Assembly: GCF_964213995.1 (NCBI RefSeq)
Contig: NC_135801.1
Location: 28,706,001-28,770,000, forward strand
Direction: 5' to 3'
DNA from: Mustelus asterias
Taxonomy: Eukaryota
Length of the DNA: 64,000 nucleotides
The notes below the pieces were generated by a model. The model was not told the origin of the DNA, made no database searches, and saw only the letters and a program-made list of their open reading frames with translations. The position numbers and the translations under genes are program-made. This document shows positions 48,461-61,613 of this stretch, in pieces; position 1 is the stretch's first letter, and each line of letters begins with the position of its first letter.

Positions 48461-49709
48461 TCAATGCAAGAGAACTGACAACTGATTGTAGTTTTTAGCT
48501 CCTAGTGTTTTTCCAGTCAGCCACCATCAAAGAGTGGCAACCAACTATAATTGGAGTGGAAATATCCTGTAAGATCTTTTGCTGTTTTGAAAACACTTAA
48601 AAACTCTGATTCCAAAACAGATACTGCTTAACACACGCAACAATCTACCAATATCAAATTTCCAGTTCTGTATTTTTTAATCATTCAGTTCACGTAATAA
48701 AAATAAAGCTTCAAAATATTTATTTTCCATTTACCAAGAACATTTTGACACGAGAGGATGGTGTGATATTGGTTTAAGTTACTAGGTAAAATATAAGCAT
48801 GCAATTAGATTTAAATGAAATTGTATTTGACTGGTAGTTGAATAAGAGTGTGTTTTAAATAAATCCCCAATCTAAAATAAAATTAGTTGTACATAAAATC
48901 ATATGAATGAGAGATGTAAGAAGACATGGATTTTAATGTGGATAAATAAAAAGCGATGAATTTTTAAAAAAGAAGGGTTGACAACTGTTGATAGTAACAG
49001 CACAAGAACCACAGAAATGAGTATTAATTCCCATGATTTCCAGAGTCTGAGAAGTGAAAGTCCAGAGACTGTTTCCTTTGTGGTGGTGTTTAGTCCCGAT
49101 GAGTTTCTGGTTGGAGATGACAACACAGAGGTCCTTGAAACAAATGACATTGCAACATGATGGGCTTCCTGTGCTTAGACTGCTTGGCAGACATTCATCA
49201 AAGACTTTCAAAATCAAGCAGGCTTTGTGGATTTGAGAGACGGTAACCGACTATTTGCTTAGCTAGGCTGCTGGAGTCCTTTCCAGCTGCTGTTAAAACC
49301 TCAGTCTGCTTGTGAGGTCAAAGATTTAATGTTAAAAACTGTCCGTAAGGACAGAGGTTTGGGTAATGTGACATGATCCATTCAAGGTTAATTGCAGCCT
49401 AACAATCAGTTTCTGTGCTTCTGGCCAGAATTCCATTGCTCTCCCTTCGGAGAGATGAGGTGGCTATTAGCATCTCTTCCAGTATAATGAATTTCAATCT
49501 CTCTCTTGTATGATAGTTCAGGTTGGGGAGCCAGTTCATCTTGATGTCCTCTGCTTTCCTTGATTACAAGGGGTCTGGAGAATAAGATGTGAGATTCCAC
49601 GGGCTGAAAGAGGAACTAGTTTGTTTTAGTAACTTCTGTTGGTAATAAAGGGCCAATCATGTGGTCATGTGATTTGTAGCAGCCACGATCATGTTTTGGT
49701 TCAGCAGGA

Positions 49710-50196
49710 AATCTCCATAGAAAGCATTCTTTCTGGATATATCGCAGCTTGGTATGGCTCCTGCTCTGCCCAAGACTGCAAGAATCTACAAAGGGTTGTG
49801 AACGCAGCCCAGTCCATCATGCAAACCAGCCTCCCATCCATTGACTCCGTCTACGCTTCCCACTGCCTAAGGAAAGCAGCCAGCATAATCAAGGCCCCCA
49901 CACATCCCGGACATACTCTCTTCCACATTACTCTGTCAGAGACAAAGATGCGAAAGTCTGAGATGACGTACCAACTGACTCAAGAACAGCTTCTTCCATG
50001 CTATTATCAGACTTTTGAATGGTCCTATCATATATTTTTCTCTTCACCTTTTTTTTAACTGCAACACTATATGCTGCACCCTCGCCTTTCCTTCTCCCCT
50101 ATGAACAGTATATTTTGTCTGTATAGCGCACAAGGAACAATACTTCTCAGTGTATCCTGATACATGTGACAATAATAAATCAAATCAAATCAAATC
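49710..50196 (+). mobile_element. Rex1/Babar-like LINE 3' fragment
   Basis: IESILSGYIAAWYG..LQRVVNAAQSI..KAASIIKAPTHPGHTLF; tail gtgacaataataaat(caaat)n. Confidence 0.75.
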
Positions 50197-50995
50197 TTGA
50201 AAATCCATTTTTAGCAATGACAAAAATAATGTTTTTGGATTTCTTTTCATGTCATAGGATTCCAACATAAGCAATCAGTGAGATTCAGTTGGAAGTTTGA
50301 AAGGAGGAAGTATTTGTATAGGATTGTTGACTGTTCACTGAAAGTGTCCTATCAAAGTCAAGCTATCATGAACATTATCTGCTCACTAATTAATCATGTA
50401 CATGACTTCAAAGCACCTAATTTAACTACTCATACAAAACATAATTATGATGAAGTCTGGTTCCTCGCTTCAAAAAATCATAAATTTGATTGAGCAAGCT
50501 CAGACTTGGTTCACTCTAAGTTTAATTGTTATTTGGTAATGAATCAATGCAAATTAGAAAGTGCTGACCAATTTCAGTATAAACTAGTGTAAAAAATTTT
50601 TTCACATGATATGGCCATCACTGGCTGGACCAGCTTTGTTGTCCTTGCCAATTTAAAAAAAAATTCATTCGTGGGACATGAGCGGCCAACATTTATTGCC
50701 CATCCTTAGTTGTTCTTGGGGGACAGTTAAGAGTCAACCACATTGCTGTGGATCTGGAGTCACATGTAGGCCAGACTGGGTAAGGATGGCAGATTTCCTT
50801 CCCAAAAGGACATTAATGAACTAGTTCCTGACAATTGACAATGATGTCATGGTCATCAGTAGATTCTTAATTCCAGATTTTTAAAAATGGAATTCAAACT
50901 CCACCATCTGCTGTGGCAGATTCGAACCCGGGTCCCCAGAACATTAGGGTTTCTGGATTAATCGTCTAGATAATACCACTAGGCCATCACCTGCC

Positions 50996-52040
50996 CTATT
51001 GCCCTTGAGAAGGTGGTGGTGAACTGCCTTGTTCAATGCAGTCCATGAAGTGTAGGTACACCCATAGTGCTGTTAGGAAGGGAGTCCAGGAATTTTGATC
51101 TAACAACAGTGCAGGAACGGTGATATAGTTCCAAGTCAGAACAGTGTGTGACTTGGAGGGAAACTTGCAGATAGTGGCGTTCCATGCATCTGCTGCCCTT
51201 GTTCTTCTAGATTGTAGGAATTGCAGGCTGGGCAGGAGTTGTTGAAGGATCCTTGGTGAGTTGCTGCAGTGGATCTTGTAAATGGTTGACACTGTGCGTC
51301 ATTGGTGGAGGGATTGAACAGTTGTGGATGGGGTGCCAATCAAGCAGGCTGATTTTTCCTGCATTATGTTGAGCTCCTTGAGCGTTGTTGGAACTGCACT
51401 GATCCAGACATGTGGAGAGTATTTCATCACACTACTGACTTCTGCCTGGTAGATGGTGGACAGGCTTTGGGGAGTCAGGTGAGTTACTCACCACAGAACT
51501 CCCAGCCTCTAACCTGCTCTAGTATTTATATGGCTAATCCAGTTTTGTGTCTTGTCAATTGTAACCCCAAGGATGTTAATAGATGGGGATTCAGTGATGG
51601 CAATGTCATTGAATGTCAACGAAAGATTGTTAGATTCTATGTTGTTGTTGGAGATGGTAATTGCCTGGAATTTGTGTGGTGTGAATGTTACTTACCACTT
51701 ATCAGCCCAAGCCTGAATGTTTCCCAGGTCTTGCTGCACATGGGTTTATTATTTTAAGTTTATTTATTAGTCACAAGTAGGCTTACATTAACACTGCAGC
51801 TAAGTTGCTGTGAAATTCCCCTATGGGCATGGACCTATTCAATATCTGAGGAGTTGCAAATGGTGCTGAATACAGCGCAATCATCAGTTAATATCCCACT
51901 TCTGACCTTACGATGGAAGGAAGGTCGTTGATGAAACAGCTAAAGATGGTTGAGCCTGGGACATCATCTTGCGGAACTCCTGCAGTGATGTCCTGGGACT
52001 AAGAAGATTGACGTCCAACAGCTACAACCATCTTCCTTTG
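50996..52040 (-). mobile_element. Decayed LINE 3' half, same family as 47385-48460, with a type B SINE tail inserted near 51757-51822
   Basis: Reverse similarity to 48050-48460; RRTRAADAW..CKFPSKSHT remnant. Confidence 0.7.
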
Positions 52041-53269
52041 CGCTAGGTTTACTTTTAAAAGATGATATTGTAACAAAATGTGATAGTCACAGTGTGACAT
52101 GTGACAAGTTCAATTCCTGATGCTAAATAATGGTTTAGGACCACTCTCTATTCGTGTGAAACCAAGACCAGCTAAACATGATGGCCCAAATCTTCCACTC
52201 TTCAGATCTTTGGAGATGGACGTACATTGGGAGATGTGGCCCTGCGGAAGTCCTGATACTAGGCATGCGTGCAAATTGTCTGAAAAGTTTAATCTTTGAT
52301 GGGCTGGTACCCTGTTTGCCAGCACCCACCCCAAAGGTCTCCTACCCTGAGATTGAGCCAGATATGTGGGACATACATCAATATTTACCCAGGAAATGCT
52401 TGACAATTTAATACTAGGTCTAATTGCAGTATAACTCAACTGAACATCACAACCAAACTCCCCGCCATCCCAAACCTGCCTCAAATCACCTGACCCTCCT
52501 ATTGTCACCGGGCGTACCCAGGAGTGCCTGGTCTGCCCATTTCTGCTTCACCTGAGATCAGAACATTCTGGAAGCAGTGGGTTCTATCATCGGATCAACT
52601 CTGTAGGCACTAATCAACAGTCCTCCAATCATTACCGTCTGACAATGAGGAACATATTAATCATCAATAAAAGCAGAAAATACTGGGAAAAGCTTGGCAG
52701 ATTAAGCAGCATCTGTGTAGGGAGAGAAACCTTGTTAATGTTTCAGCACTGTGACCTTTCATCAGAAATTGTGAACAGTATTTTCTGTTTTGATTTTAGA
52801 TTTCCAGCATCCGCAGTATTCTGCTTTCCACTTGATATAAATCAGCAACACCACTGAAGCCTTCCTCCTCCAAAATACAGATTTTACCACGATGAGCAAA
52901 CTCCTAAAATTCCAAATCATCTTTCCACTTGCTGATTGTTTTGTAGTATTTTTAATTGATGTCAATAAACCCAGCCACTTTAGCTCTGTTGACTAACAGA
53001 TAGAGGAAGTAAAAGACATCCAAATGCTACAATTACCTTCAAGGCTTCTGCAGGAAGGTTACTTCTCACCTGTATTTTGGTCATGTTGTCTTATACAACA
53101 GAACCTGAAAAACTTGATGGCTGCCTCACCTGAAAGTGTGGTTGGTATGATGCACTTGGTGGGTGTTGGCCTCAGACTCTTTCGCCATGAAAAGACATGT
53201 TTTCTGAGGTGGTATAACAATATTTTCCCTTTTCTGTATGTAAGGGACTGAGGAAAATTTGTGGGGAAG

Positions 53270-53680
53270 ACATTTACCAGTGTTCTTTGTCCCTTGTGGG
53301 TTTCAGTGTCCTGTTTGGCGGGCGGGTGCTGTGAACAGGATGCTGTTGGTTGAGTGATGTGGGCTGGGCCAATGGGATTGCTCTGGGGGCGGGAGGAAAA
53401 AAAGGCGCCAGGAAGTGAAGGAGCTGCAGAGCTGAAGAGGGAGAGAGCTGAAGAGGGAGTGTGCAGAGAGAAAGCTTTTCCCACGCAGTGAGAATTCGGT
53501 TTGGAGTGAGAGGCAGCCAGGCATTCCCCTGCCTGTTCTTTTCATTACTGCCGAGGAGGACAGCCTTCAGCGCACTCGACCTACGTTGCTGCACGGATAG
53601 CTCACGGCACCTCTGCCTCCTGCGGCATCATCTTCCACACGTGTGTCTCTTCTGGACTGTGTGTGTGTGTCGTGAGTAAC
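53270..53680. promoter_or_regulatory. Orphan promoter-like region, possibly bidirectional
   Basis: GC boxes at 53317 and 53385, CCAAT at 53369, ETS-like CAGGAAGTG at 53409; plus-strand donor C|GTGAGT at 53671/53672 and minus-strand donor CTG|GTAAAT at 53278/53277. Confidence 0.45.
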
Positions 53681-54511
53681 TGGTGGGGACTATACAATCC
53701 AACTGGAACAGTATCTACAAATGTGTTACTGAGGATGAGTTTCCCCATGTGTGCACCAACGGATGGGCCCCAACGGTTATAGATCAGAGCTCACTGTTTT
53801 ATGTCTGTTAATTATAATTGTTATTAAATTTACTTTTGATATTCCGATTACAGTACTGACATTTATGGGTAAAGAGGGAATTAGCCAAATCAACATCAAC
53901 CGCTAGGAATTCGGGATCCTGTTGATTGAATATTTAAATAGTAGCCCCATATAGTGGTCAGCAGGGGGTTACATGTATATGCCATATTTGTCCTTTCCCA
54001 TTGGGAGACATAGGATTTGTCCACAAAAGTATACTGATTGTGTATTCATAGTATGATTAGCTTCACATGCCTCATGATCCATGTCCTTAACTAATACATA
54101 AATTCAAAAACACTCCTTTTCTTAAATATGATGGGAGAATTAAGCTACTCCTTCAGATTTTTACCCTGTACTTGTCTTACAGATTCAATCTTACACACCA
54201 GTTGCCCAGCTTGGTCCCTTTGATAAGGATTTAAACATCCTACTCATTGATGTACAGTTATGGGGTTATGATATGGGGTTATCAGTTATGATATGAGCTT
54301 GAGTGAATGTTGAACTGAACAAAGGTTGTCCTCCCCCTGGCACACATTTTTACAATTGGTCATCAGATAACTGGTTGTGTAATTTGTCATTTATTAGGTC
54401 CTCTAGTCCATGGTTTATCATATTTATGCAATGTAATAAATGTAAAGTTCACACAAAAAATAAGACACTTTGGGTTGGTTATTGATTAATTTATTAACCT
54501 TATTCTTAGGC

Positions 54512-54820
54512 ACAGAGGTCTTGTGGCGCAGTGGGTGGCATCCCTGCCTCTGAGTCAGAAGCTCTGGGTTTGGGTCTTGATGGTCAAGGAAGGTGCATTC
54601 GTAACACGGCCAAACAGGTTGAGTGTTTAAGACAGACATGTCTTAACATGCCAATGGCTGGCAATAAGAGCGGGAGAGACTCCTAGTCAGCCACGTTCGA
54701 TGTGGAATGGCGCCCCTCAAACTATAAGCCCCTGGCAATAGATTAGTGACCTGTTCCAGGAATTACTAGCTATGGAAACAAACAAAGGTTTGGCTTAGCA
54801 CACCACTAGGTGTGGGAAGC
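54512..54820 (+). mobile_element. Distinct tRNA-headed SINE-like element
   Basis: gtggcgcagtgggt..gcctctgagtcagaagctctgggtt head; body unlike types A-C. Confidence 0.45.
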
Positions 54821-55677
54821 AAATTTTAATTGGGATCCTTAGTCACAACTATCTGTTTTAGAATTTAGATTGCTTTTATTCTTTCTTTAATTAAACAATT
54901 ATTGTTTTTATTCAAGCCATATCTTTTCAAACGACCAGTTAATTTTCCTCGATCATAATATTGATCATAAACTGTTTCTATCTTCTTTTCTATGTAACCC
55001 CAGCAATAGCCCTGCCTACTTTCAATGTTGTTATGACCAGGAGAACAGGAGTGAGCTGGCTCCCCTTCTGGTCAGCCCCTTGAATGGTCACAGCAAAGAT
55101 TTTAAAATTTATTTTCCCCCATAAATACCTTTTTCAATCCAGATGTATTTATTTGTTAATGAGGAGCCAATCAAACCAGATTTTGTTGAGTCAAAAAAAG
55201 AGTCAACTTATAAGCTTATTAGTTACTAAGCCCAAGAAAAAATAATAAAGGCATGACAACACACAATGATATCAGAAGTAAGAAAGTTAGACTCAAATAA
55301 AAAGTTGAAAGAATATACAATTAAGTCCTTTGTTTTTGAGGTGCAGATTGTTCAACATTGTGGCTGTTTGAAGTTAGTTGGTTTCCTGTGGAATTCTGGA
55401 GTTGACTTGGTTCAGGTCTGCATTTTCTTGAAGGCATTCTTTTAGCTTCAGAGAGAGAGGGGAGAGAAAGCAACCTTTATTACTCTCTTCCAGCAGCGTT
55501 TTCAGATGACTCAGATATTTTTTTCTGCTTCTCCTGACTCAGCTTGCAAAGCCCAGTTTTTAAAACTCCTGTCTGCATGTTCTCAGAAAAGAATTTGATT
55601 AGCAAGTTTTGCACTCATTGTTGCAGACCAAGTAATCCCATTTTTTAACCTTTTATCTCTGAAAATTGTGAGTTTTT

Positions 55678-55955
55678 AAAGTTTACTTATTAATGTCACA
55701 AGTAGACTTACATCGACATTGCAATGAAGTTACTATGAAAGTCCCCTAGTTCGGATACACAAAGGGAGAATTTAACATGTTCAATGCATCTAACCAGCAT
55801 GTCTTTCAGACTGTGGGGGGAAACCGGAGGAAACTCTCGCAGACGTGGGGAGAACGCACAGACTCTGCACAGACAGTGACCCAAGCCGGGAATCGAACAT
55901 GGGTCCCTGGCACTGTGAGGCAGCAGTGCTAACCACCGTGCCACCATGCTGCCCA
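55678..55955 (-). mobile_element. SINE, tail type B
   Basis: Reverse-complement similarity to 89-388. Confidence 0.85.
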
Positions 55956-57295
55956 TGATATATGCCAAAATAGAAATCAACAAGAGATAGAGTTATTTCA
56001 TCCTCCACAAGGACCTTTGAATGTCTGAAGAATATCTGGCTGGTTAACAGGTCCCATTGTTTTGATAGAACTACATCTGATCAAGGTCCAGCACTGCACA
56101 TTTTAATTTCTTCCTTTCAAGACTGCCTCCATTTGAAGTAGACCTTTACACCTAGTGTGAGGTTATACACAACAGGTCTACAGTGCAATTCATATTGAAA
56201 CTTTCCAGAAAACTTGTCAACTTACTGTATGAGACATCAGGTGATTCTTGGCAGCCATTTTTTGAACAGTGTTTAGTTTTATTTTAATCAAGTCTTCTTT
56301 AAATGGTTCACTGTGTCTGTGGTTACCGGCTGAAGTTGTAGGTAGCTCTCACTCAGTCATAGCTTCCAGTCATTGTGACAATTTGTAATGGACTACCTTG
56401 ATGGGAGTTTGCTGAAACATTATTCACCCCATTTGCATCCCAGCATTTTCCAGTAATATTTTAATGAAACCAACCCCAGCCTTATTTAAGCACTACTTGA
56501 GCCCAATCTTCATAATAATTATTACACAGTCTCTGGGTAATGTTATACTTCTGAAATCAATTACAACTGAGCCAATTTCATACTGCGCATAGATGTGAGT
56601 GGCTCCAGCTATAAATCCTTTATGGGCATCCTCTGTAAAATCAGTTCCATCATGCACTGTTTCCTGGGGTCACGGGCCTTGTGTTTGTGAATCTTGTGGA
56701 ACTTGAACAGTTATTGACTTACATGCCTATCCGGGATGACCATGAGTATGCCTGCTGTGATTCCAGCACTTGTTGCTGCTACACCCTTGTATTTACCCTG
56801 GTGTCTTCTGTAAATATAATGAAAATGTAATTGCCACATTAGTTAAATGGCATGACAGTCATATATGGTATTCCTGGGGAGGGTGCCATACAGGTCATTG
56901 CATTGAGGCAGTGGCTTGCCAGGTGCATGCCATTCCTTCATCAATTGGTAATGCTCAAATGTATCTTTAGATTTACTAAACCAAACTCCTATTGTTTTTA
57001 GCCAAGCCTGAGCCTCCAGAGGTACAGGTGTTCAGACATGTTGGGGCAGCCAATCCTCTCTGCCTGTTGACCCCATGTTGGATTTTTTACCTCCTTCCAA
57101 CTGTACCATGGTTTTGTGCCCTCTGAGGAAGGAGAAGGCAGCCGGTGCTGCAACCTATGTTATTGCTGTTGCTTCAACAGGGGTACCAAGGACAACAATT
57201 TACAAGAACATAGCACCTTGAATGTAGTACAAGGACCCAAGCTGCTTTACAGGAGCGTTTAGTATTTGACCCTATGTTATTGCTGTTGCTTCAAC

Positions 57296-59085
57296 TGATG
57301 AAGGCTAAGATTCCATTAGCCTTCCAAATAGCTTGCTGCACCCGAATGTTAGCCTTCAGTGACTTGTGGACAAGGACACACAGATCCCTTTGTATATCTA
57401 CACTTTCCAATAACTTACCTTTTAGGAAATACTCTGCACATCTGTTTCTTTTCCAAAGTGAATTACTTCACATTTTCCACATTATATTCTATCTGCCATG
57501 TTCTTGTCCACTCACTAAGTTTGTCCAAATCCCCCGGTGGGCACTTGAATAAGACCATCAGATATATGAGCAGAATTAGGCCATTCGGCCCATTGAGTCT
57601 GCTCTGCCATTCAATCATGGCTGATAAGCTTCTCAACCCCATTTGCCTGCTTTTTCCCCATAAACTTTCAAGAATCTATCTATTTCTGTCCTAAATACAC
57701 TCAATGTCTTGGCCTCTACAGCCTTCTGTGGCAATTAATTCTATAGATTCATCACCCTCTGGCTGAAGGAATTCCTCTTCATCTCGGTCCTAAAGGGTTG
57801 TCCCTTTACTCTGAGGCTGTGCTCTCGGATTCTAATCTCTCCTACTAATAGAGACATCTTCTCCATGTCCACTCTATCCAGGCCTTTCAGTATTCTGTAA
57901 CTTTCAATCAGATCCCCCCCTCATCCTTCTAAACTCCATTGAGTACAAACCCAGAGTCCTCAAACGCTCCTCATATGTCAAGCTTTTCATTCCGGGGATC
58001 GTTCTCGGGAACCTTCTCTGGACCCTCTCCAGGGCCAGCACATCCTTCCTTAGATACGGGGCCCAAAATTGCTCACAATATTCCAAATTGGTCTGACTAA
58101 ATCCTTATAAAGCCTCAGCAGTACATCCCTGCTTCTGTATTCTAGTCCTCTCAAAATGAATACTAACATTACATTTTCCTTCCTAACTAACTACCAACTC
58201 AACCTCCAAGTCCTAAACTAGGATCCCAAGTCCCTTTGCACTTCTGATTTCTGAATTCTCTCCCCATTTAGAAAATAGCCTACACCTCTATTCTTCCCAC
58301 CAAAGTATATAGCCTCACACTTTCCCACATTGTATTCCAAGAACCTGTCCAAGTCCTGCTGCCTCACTGCCTCCTCAATACTACCTGTCCCTCCACCTTT
58401 CTTGTATCATCTGCAAACTTAGCCACAATGCCTTCAGTCCCTTCATCTAGATCATTGATGTATAAAGTGAAAAGTTGTGGTCCTAACACTGACCCCTGCA
58501 GAACTCCATTAGTCACCGGCTGGCATCTTGAAAGGACCCCTTTATATCCATTCTCTGCCAGTCAGTCAATCTTCTGTCCATGCTAGTACCTTGCCTCTAA
58601 CACCATGGCTCCTTACTCAGCAGCCTCCTGTGCGGTACCTTGTCAAATGCCTTCTGGAAATCCAAATAGATAACATCCACTCGCTCTCCTTTGTCTAATC
58701 TGCTCATTACCGTCTCAGAGCGTTCTAACAGTTTTACATCTTCCTCACAGCACACATTCCCACCTAACTTGGTATCATCAGTGAACTTGGAAATATTACA
58801 CCTGGTCCCCACACCCAAATCATTGATATATATTGTGAACAGCTGGTCTAAATACTGACCCTTGCAGTACCTCACTAGCCACATTTATTCCGGCTCTCTG
58901 TTTTCTGCCTGTTGGTCACCCTTAATTCATGCCAGTATAATGCTTTCTATCCCATGTGCATTTACTTTGCTAACCAGCTTCCTGTGGGGGACTTAATCAA
59001 AAGCCTTCTGAAAGTCCAGAACAATGTCCATCAACTCTCCTTTGTCAATTTTGTTCATAATATCCTCAAAAAACTCCAACAAGTT
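57296..59085 (-). mobile_element. Nested CR1 fragments (younger copy about 57550-58720 inside an older copy)
   Basis: YLDFQKAFDKVPHRRL, KFTDDTKLGG, EYCEQFWAPYLRKDVLALERVQRR. Confidence 0.85.
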
Positions 59086-59665
59086 CTGACATCATTGAGT
59101 GTGTTCGGTGGAATTTGCCTGATTCTGAAATGGCCTGCGAGACTCAACTCATGAAGTTAATTTTTAAATTGCAAAAATCTGCTACCATTCTCGTTGCCAA
59201 TTGTACCCTGACATTTCAGAAATAGGATGACAGCGGGTTTTATAATGCTTTAAAGCTAACCTCAGTTTGGGGAGTCAGAAGAGGAAGTCATCCGATAACC
59301 AGAAAAAGGCCAAGAGCAATTTGGTGGTGTCTAAAAGCTGATGATAGCTTCATTAGGCGAAGGCTAAGTGATTTCCAGAAATGGTTCATGTGGCATGGTT
59401 GGCAGGCATGGGCAGGAATTGTATATTGGGCCTGGTGCCCGGAACTAGATTACAACAGGTCACAGATTCACTCACTCCTTTTCTCTGTCAACATCTATCC
59501 CTCTCTCACTCTGTCTCTCTGTCTTCCTCTCTCCCTGGAGCTGTGACTCTGATCTGGAACTGGATATTACACGGGAGGACTGTAATTGAGACCTAACTGG
59601 GCTCCACCAGGATTCCATTCCATTTATGCTGCTTAGAAAGTTGTGGTTGGGAGGCAGAAACTGAA

Positions 59666-60007
59666 CGGCACGGTAGCACAGTGGTTAGCACTGCTGCTTC
59701 ACAGCTCCAGGGACCTGGGTTCGATTCCCGGCTTGGGTCACTGTCTAGGTGGAGTTTGCACATTCTCCTCGTGTCTGTGTGGGTTTCCTCCGGGTGCTCC
59801 GGTTTCCTCCCACAGTCCAAAGATGTGCGGGTTCGGTTGATTAGCCATGCTAAAATTGCCCTTAGTGTCCTGGGATGCGTAGGTTAGAAGGATTAGTGGG
59901 TAAATATGTAGGGATATGGGGGTAAGGCCTGGGTGGGTTTGTGGTCGGTGCAGACTTGATGGGCCGAATGGCCTCTTTCTGTGCTGTAGGGTTTCTAAGA
60001 TTCTAAG
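59666..60007 (+). mobile_element. SINE, tail type A
   Basis: Very similar to 2236-2572. Confidence 0.9.
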
Positions 60008-60227
60008 ATGAACATTGCACCCAAAACCCTGAATTAGGCTAAAGGAAACATCTAGGGAAATCCCAGGACTATTGAAGGAAGTCCACCAGTTTAGCTTCAC
60101 AGTAGACCTGAGAGCAACTCTTTCCAACAGCCAGCTAGCTTTAGGCCTTTCCAGAAGAGATCTTCCCAAAAGAGAGACTTTTCATGTACAACATTGTGTC
60201 GTATGATTGGCCAGGTGTTGACAACAT

Positions 60228-60361
60228 GGCCAGAATTCTCTGGTCTCTCACACCCCGTTACCACTGCCAGTGAGAATGGAGAATTTGGCGCTCGACTAAC
60301 TCTCCACTCACAGCAGCAGGACCGGATAATCGCAGCCGCGGGTGAGGTCGGAGAATTCTGG
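60228..60361. mobile_element. Short MITE-like element
   Basis: Inverted termini ccagaattctc / gagaattctgg. Confidence 0.55.
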
Positions 60362-60994
60362 TACATGTTTTTACAGCCACTGGCCATCTGACCCGACTGT
60401 ACAAATAACTCTGTCCCTAGAAATTGTGAAAGGGTCTTCTTACATTGCTCAACTTGGCCTCTTGGTATTATCACAATATTATTCATCCAGAAACTCAGCA
60501 AATGTTCTGGGGACCAGAATCCCGCCACTGCAGCTGGTGGAATTTGATTTCGATAAAATAATTCTGGAATTAAGAATCTACTGACGACCATGAAACCATT
60601 GTCGATTGTTGGAAAAACCCATCTGGTTCGCTAATGTCCTTTAGGGAAAGAAATCTGCCGTCCTGACCTGGTTTGGCCTATATGTGACTCAAGAGCCAGA
60701 GCCAATGTGGTTGACTCTCAACTGCCTTCTGAACAAGGGCAACTGGGGGTGGACAATAAATGCTGGCCAGCCAGCATGTCACACAAGTGAATAAAAAAAA
60801 CTTAAAACTCCATTCCTTTGCACTTTTGTCAGCGGAGCAGTTTGATCAGGATTTTGAGGTCTTTATCTTTTTCACCCCTGAGCTTTTTCCTCATCACTCT
60901 CTCTTTCGTATGCACACATTCTCCAGGGTTTTTAATAAGTGATATGAAATTCACCAATTTGAAAATCATTTACATAATGGTTTGATATTGATGT

Positions 60995-61410
60995 GAACCA
61001 TGGTTCAGTAGGTAGGAATTTTGCCTCTGAGTTTGACCATTTAGTGTTCAAATCATATTCCAGTTATCTGAATGCACAATCCAGCCTGACATTGCTGAGC
61101 AGTACTAATGGAGTGGATGATGCTGGGTGAAATGTTAAACTGAAACCCTGTCTGCTCTCTAAATGGATGTTAGAAAATCCATGTGGCACAATTTCCCCCA
61201 AAACAGCAGAGTTCTCCCCAACACCTGGACTATATTTTTCCCTCAACATTGCTAAAACATATTACCTACACATTGCTGCTTGTGGGAGCTGGCTGGGCAT
61301 GAATTGGCTGATATGTTTCCTATATGTGACGACACTTCAGAGTTGGCTGTAAAGCACTTTGGAGATCTGACAGAGTGAAAAGAGTTACATGGATACAAAT
61401 CTTGCTTTCT
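60995..61410 (+). mobile_element. Deu-domain SINE (SacSINE1/AmnSINE1-like), diverged
   Basis: cattgctgcttgtgggagctggct..aattggctg..gacacttca..ttggctgtaaagcactttgg core, recognised from recalled consensus only. Confidence 0.6.
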
Positions 61411-61613
61411 TTGCTTTTTTCCTTCTAAGCTTATTTTCTTCTTTGTTTCTTTTTGTCCTTCTTTCCCTCTTTCTTTCCTTCCCTGCCAGTGATGGTCAGA
61501 ATCTTTAAAACATGCCTGTAAATCAATGGAAATTAAAATTGGGTTGCTTCTGCAATGCACAATTGATCTTCAATGCAAAATTAATGCCAAGCCGCAAATC
61601 TACACAAATCTAC

